In this document: positions 60,142 to 64,000 of the stretch, one piece after another | Layout of the letters: every line of letters starts with the position of its first letter | How positions within the stretch are numbered: the first letter of the stretch is position 1 | From: Candidatus Dormiibacterota bacterium | GTDB taxonomy: Bacteria; Chloroflexota; Dormibacteria; Aeolococcales; Aeolococcaceae | Assembly (NCBI GenBank): GCA_963748505.1 | Contig: CAVVJH010000016.1 | Location: forward strand, 78,292-142,291 | Reading direction: 5' to 3' | DNA: 64,000 nucleotides | Notes under the pieces: generated by a model | The model's input: only the letters and a program-made list of their open reading frames with translations | Told to the model about the DNA's origin: nothing | The model's database searches: none | Program-made: the position numbers and the translations under genes

Positions 60142-60712
60142 TCAGATGTTCTCGATCGTCCAGTCGAAGCCGATGCGCGCGTCGTCCCAGGCGATACGAC
60201 CCTCGTCAGGATCGTCGGGATCGTAGGGCTCGGTGACGTAGTAGTTGAGGATCACATCGCGCAGCGACAGGCACTGATACCCGTGCGCCACCAGCGGCGG
60301 AATCGCGACCATGCGGGGCGCGTTCTCGCCGAGCATCATGGTCTGGATGCGTCCCGCAGTCGGTGAGTCGTGGCGAAGGTCGACGAGCACGACGCGGGCG
60401 TCCCCCTGAACGATGTCCCAGTAGTCCCACTGCCGCTTGTGCCAGTGGAACGCTTTGATCAGCTCGGGCGGATTGCCGCCGCGCGCGTAGGCGAGGCTGC
60501 GGGAGATCTGCGCGAACGGCTGGTCGGGGATGAACGGCCGGCCCTGGTCGTCGAGGTCGCCGCGTTTCAACTGCTCGATGAAGTAACCGCGCTGGTCCGT
60601 CCATTTCTTGAACGTCTTGACCATGACGCCATCGATCGCAGCCGAGCCGTTCGGCGGGTGGGCGCGAGGCCATCGTGTTCAGCACCCCGTCCATCTCGGG
60701 GAGCACTGTCAT
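60142..60712 (-). CDS. rmlC: dTDP-4-dehydrorhamnose 3,5-epimerase-like cupin; N-terminal frame break near 60640
   Basis: [21 protein letters not shown]...[11 protein letters not shown]...[11 protein letters not shown]. The probable ATG at 60712 is in another frame. Composite length is 3n+1. Confidence 0.7.
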
Positions 60713-60723
60713 CCATGCCACAG

Positions 60724-60957
60724 CTACTGGAACCAGCCCTCGAAATCGATGATCGCGTTGACGCTGCCGGCACTGTTGTACAGGGAAATATCGCCGTCGT
60801 GCGCGTCGGCGGTCGTGTCGAGTTCGAACACCGCACGGCTGGGGAGGACCGGCCCGGCGTGCACGGTGAGGTCGGCGACGGTCGGCCGGTGGGTGGATTC
60901 CCCGAAGCGAGGGTCAGGCACGGGTCCACACCGTGCCACGCCCCGGGGTCGCGCCAA
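60724..60957 (-). pseudogene. Orphan 3' fragment: last half of a PxRxCDTR...GWF repeat ending in FEGWFQ-stop
   Basis: HAGPVLPSRAVFELDTTADAHDGDISLYNSAGSVNAIIDFEGWFQ parallels the last 45 aa of gene 61003.. (NAGVVLPNLAVVALDTTGDSNAGGIFLYNSAGSVNAIIDVEGWFQ). Homology covers roughly 60724-60861. I see no domain start or signal peptide. Confidence 0.6.
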
Positions 60958-61002
60958 CGAGCGCGCTGACGGCGCGCCTGCGCTCTCGCCTGCTCTCGCT
61001 CA

Positions 61003-64000
61003 CTACTGGAACCAGCCCTCCACGTCGATGATGGCGTTGACCGAACCCGCGCTGTTGTAGAGAAAGATGCCGCCCGCGTTCGAGTCGCCTGTGGTGTCGA
61101 GCGCCACAACCGCGAGGTTGGGCAGCACGACCCCTGCGTTCACGTTGAGGTCCGACACACCGGGGTGTCGCGTGAGGTTGGCCGGATAGAGCGCGAGGAA
61201 TGTCGCGGTCGTCGGCGCTACCGCGGTCAGGTTCGCGATGATCGCGACCACAGTGGTTGCGCCGGCGGCCGTGGGGATTCCATCGAATCCGGCAACACCG
61301 ACGAGGCGGCTGACGGCGCCGCCGATGGCCGCATGCGAGCAACTCGCCGATCCAACCCGCGTATCGCAGATGCGCGTCGGCGCGATCGCCTGGTACTGGT
61401 ATCCGGTCGGCGTCGCGACGGCGTTGACGCTGCCGAACCAGCCATTGGCGTCGATGATGATGTTGATGGTCCCGGCGGCGTTGTAGATGCACATCGACGT
61501 GTCATTACCGCCGGTCGCAGCCGGACCGAGCGCCACCATGACGCGGTTCGCCTCCACGGCGCCGGTGGCGAGGTTGAGGGTCGAGAACGGCGGCGCGTGC
61601 GTGCCGGTGTAGGTACAACCACCGCTGCTGTTGGTCGGAAAGGCGCTGAGGAACGTCGCGGCCGTTCCCGCAACGCCGGTGAGGTTGAGCACTGCCGCCT
61701 CAGCGGTGTTGTCTGAGGGAATCTGGCTCGCGCCGGTCACGTTGACGACGACCGCCTGTCCGGGATGCAACGCGAGATGCCCCTGGCACGCACTCCGCGT
61801 GTCGCACACGCGAAACGGTGAGAGTGGATGGAAGAGTCCCTGATAGTCAGTGGATGGTTGCGGCATGAAATAGCCTTCCACGTCAGCGAGCACGTTCACG
61901 CTGCCAAGCGCGTTGTAGATGTCGACGGCGCCGTTGATGCTGAGCGCAACCGTCACCAGGTTCGGAATGACCGTATGCGCGGCGAAGTTCAGGTTGGAAG
62001 CGTTCGGCCGTCCCGAGCCCGCCGGGTACACGGTGAGCAGGCTCGAGGCCGTCCCGAACACCTCGGTGACATTCAGGACAACTGCCGTCGCCCCGAACGG
62101 AATCGCCGGTGACCCAGCGCCCGCCACCTGCAAGGGTCGGATCGCACCGGGTCCGAGCGGGCCGCCATTGCTCCGAGTGTCGAGGATTCGGAATGGGGCG
62201 ACCGGCGTGTAGTTGGAGAGCCCGATGTACAGGTACGCGGACGCGCCGTTCATGTCACTCGAGCCGAGGGAGTCGATTGCCTGCGTCTCCACCGAGCCGC
62301 CCAGCGGAGTCGATGCGGCGGGGGTCACGAAGGTGAACGACTCAGGCGTCAGACCGGTGATCGGCGTTGGAGTCCCACCGAACGCGAAGGTGGTATCCGA
62401 TCCGAAGTCGAAGCCTCTCACGGTCACCGTCTGCCCGCCGACCACAGGTCCGGACGACGGCGTCAAGTGAGGTGATCGACGGTCCGGTCACCGTCAGCTG
62501 GTTGATGCGCGTGTTCCAGCAGGCATGTGTGGTGCCGCAGACCCCGACCACGGATCCATCTTCGGATCCGGAAACGACCCACACATCGTTGGGATTCGCC
62601 GGGTCCTGGGTGGCACCTGAGTAGTCACCCCAGCGGCACCCCTCGGAATCGCATGCGCCTGGGAAGAGGTTATCGCCGTTGTAGTACGTGGAGCTGGTAT
62701 GCAGCGTGATGAAGCCGCTGAGTGTCGTCCCGGCATTGGGGATCGTCGCGGCGAGAATGGAGGGGAAGTCGGTGGCCGACGACTCGTCGAAGACGGTCAG
62801 CAGGTCGCCCGACTGATCGACCGTGACCTCCGGGTAGAAGAGATCCTCGCCGGTGACGCCGACGTTGTTGAGCTGCAGTGCCGGCGATGTGCCCACGATC
62901 GTGCCCGTGGGGTTCGCGGCTATCTCGAGGTAATTGAGGCAGTTCTGCACGGGACCGGTCCCGCCCGGCTGACAGCTCGTCCCGTCGGCAGTCCAGATTT
63001 TTCCGTTCTCCCAGACGGCGTTGAGAAACCGGTCGTCGTTGGTTTGCAGGGTCGGACCGGGACTGGGCTGTGCGGCGGGAGGAAGGAAACCTGTGGTGTT
63101 GTTGACCGCAGTCGGCGTCATGCTGACGAAGTTGGGGTTGTAGGCAATGTTTTGCGCCTCGGGTGTCCCCGTGATCGCGTCGACCTCGGCTTGCGGGGTG
63201 GTGCACACGGTGATTCCGCAATCGGACTCATTGGTCACCAGGTACTGCGCCGGGATCGATCCGTACGACTGCACCGGCTGGATCGTGAATGGGGCGTCGT
63301 AGAAGAAGAACAGCGCGTTCGTGCCACTGTCGTGTTCGAAGTCCGTCTTCTGCAGGATGTCGACTTCGGCGCCGAGGAAGTTGAGGCTGCAATTGAAATC
63401 GCCGAAGGTCACCGCCACGGTATTGCCATCGAGGCCGAGGCCAGGCTGATCGCCGAACAGTGTCCCGGGATTGTTTTGACCGATCGGGAGGGCGTAGACG
63501 ATCCACCCTGTGAACGGCAGTGGATTCGACGATGGGGAGACCGCGATCAGCACGGGTGCGGCCTGCGGGCAACCCGTGTTCGGGACCTCGGTGATCGTGA
63601 TCCAGAATCGCCCGCCGCCGGGGTCGTAGACCACACGCGGATCACTGCTGTGGTAACCGGGGACGACGTCCATGAAGTCGTTGAGGTCATCAGAGCCGAG
63701 GTTGGCCCCGGTTCGGCTGAAGATCTCGACGGTTGAGTTCACCACCTCGACCAGATCGGCCGGTCCGGCGGCGATGTCCTCATTCGGCGGCGTCACCTCC
63801 TGATCGCCCCCAAAGGAGTGGATCGTGCCGGCCTGGGCTGTGCCCGGGAATCCTGTCAGAGAATCGGGAGGCACCGGGGTCACCAGCGGAGCGGCCCGCC
63901 GCCCTGACCGAACTGCGGCTGATTGCGCCGGCGACGAGGGGATGATCACCCCCGCCCCATTCGCATCCGACCTTCCGTGCACGGTCGGCGGTTCGCTGTG
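61003..64000 (-). CDS. Paralog B of the secreted propeller-head protein with IPT/TIG and three PxRxCDTR...GWF repeats; one frame break near 62466; 5' end beyond the window
   Basis: The head (62342..63982, frame open to the window edge) ends NQLTVTGPSITSL. The next frame continues TPSSGPVVGGQTVTVRGFDFG (IPT), then repeats FRILDTR, FRVCDTR and TRICDTR, ending DVEGWFQ-stop at 61003. Confidence 0.75.

Noticed and set aside
60724-61140. Diversity-generating retroelement: the gene's 3' end as variable repeat and the orphan copy downstream as template repeat
   Set aside because: No reverse transcriptase is present anywhere in the window. The two copies differ by substitutions of all kinds, not specifically at adenines.

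Overview
High-GC chromosomal segment (G+C not computed) with actinobacterial-type content: a mycothiol-associated PIG-L deacetylase, a DinB/TIGR03086 protein, kdpC plus a split kdpD, hppA, etfBA and rml sugar-nucleotide genes. I count about 60 protein-coding genes and one tRNA-Met(CAT). I saw no rRNA, CRISPR array, transposase, integrase or phage genes. Three things stand out. (1) A family of ~120-nt intergenic hairpin elements has four full copies at 35.6, 40.0, 41.6 and 50.6 kb, plus nested partial copies. Each has an almost invariant, non-palindromic ~70-nt core and copy-specific but self-complementary ~25-nt arms. Each sits just 3' of a stop codon and is read in the same orientation by the upstream gene. 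I cannot assign it to any family I know. (2) Three loci (8.8-13.6, 19.2-22.3 and 61.0-64.0 kb) encode very large secreted proteins with different N-terminal heads but the same C-terminal module: IPT/TIG plus three PxRxCDTR...GWF repeats ending in GWFQ-stop. An orphan 3' fragment of that module lies at 60.7 kb. (3) The sequence is full of single-base frame breaks affecting at least 20 genes, including housekeeping genes such as hppA, DNA ligase, mrp and rmlB. These are most simply assembly indels. Where homology clearly continues in another frame I merged the ORF-track fragments, so those coordinates are composites. Smaller observations: kdpD is split into two tandem KdpD_N/Usp genes and a convergent DUF4118 kinase; etfB-etfA is translationally coupled to a GAF hybrid kinase and an OmpR regulator; an ankyrin/CYTH gene pair is bracketed by inverted hairpin elements; and a CHAP amidase is fused to a 7-blade propeller. 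All functional calls come from motif reading of the translations; no database search was run.
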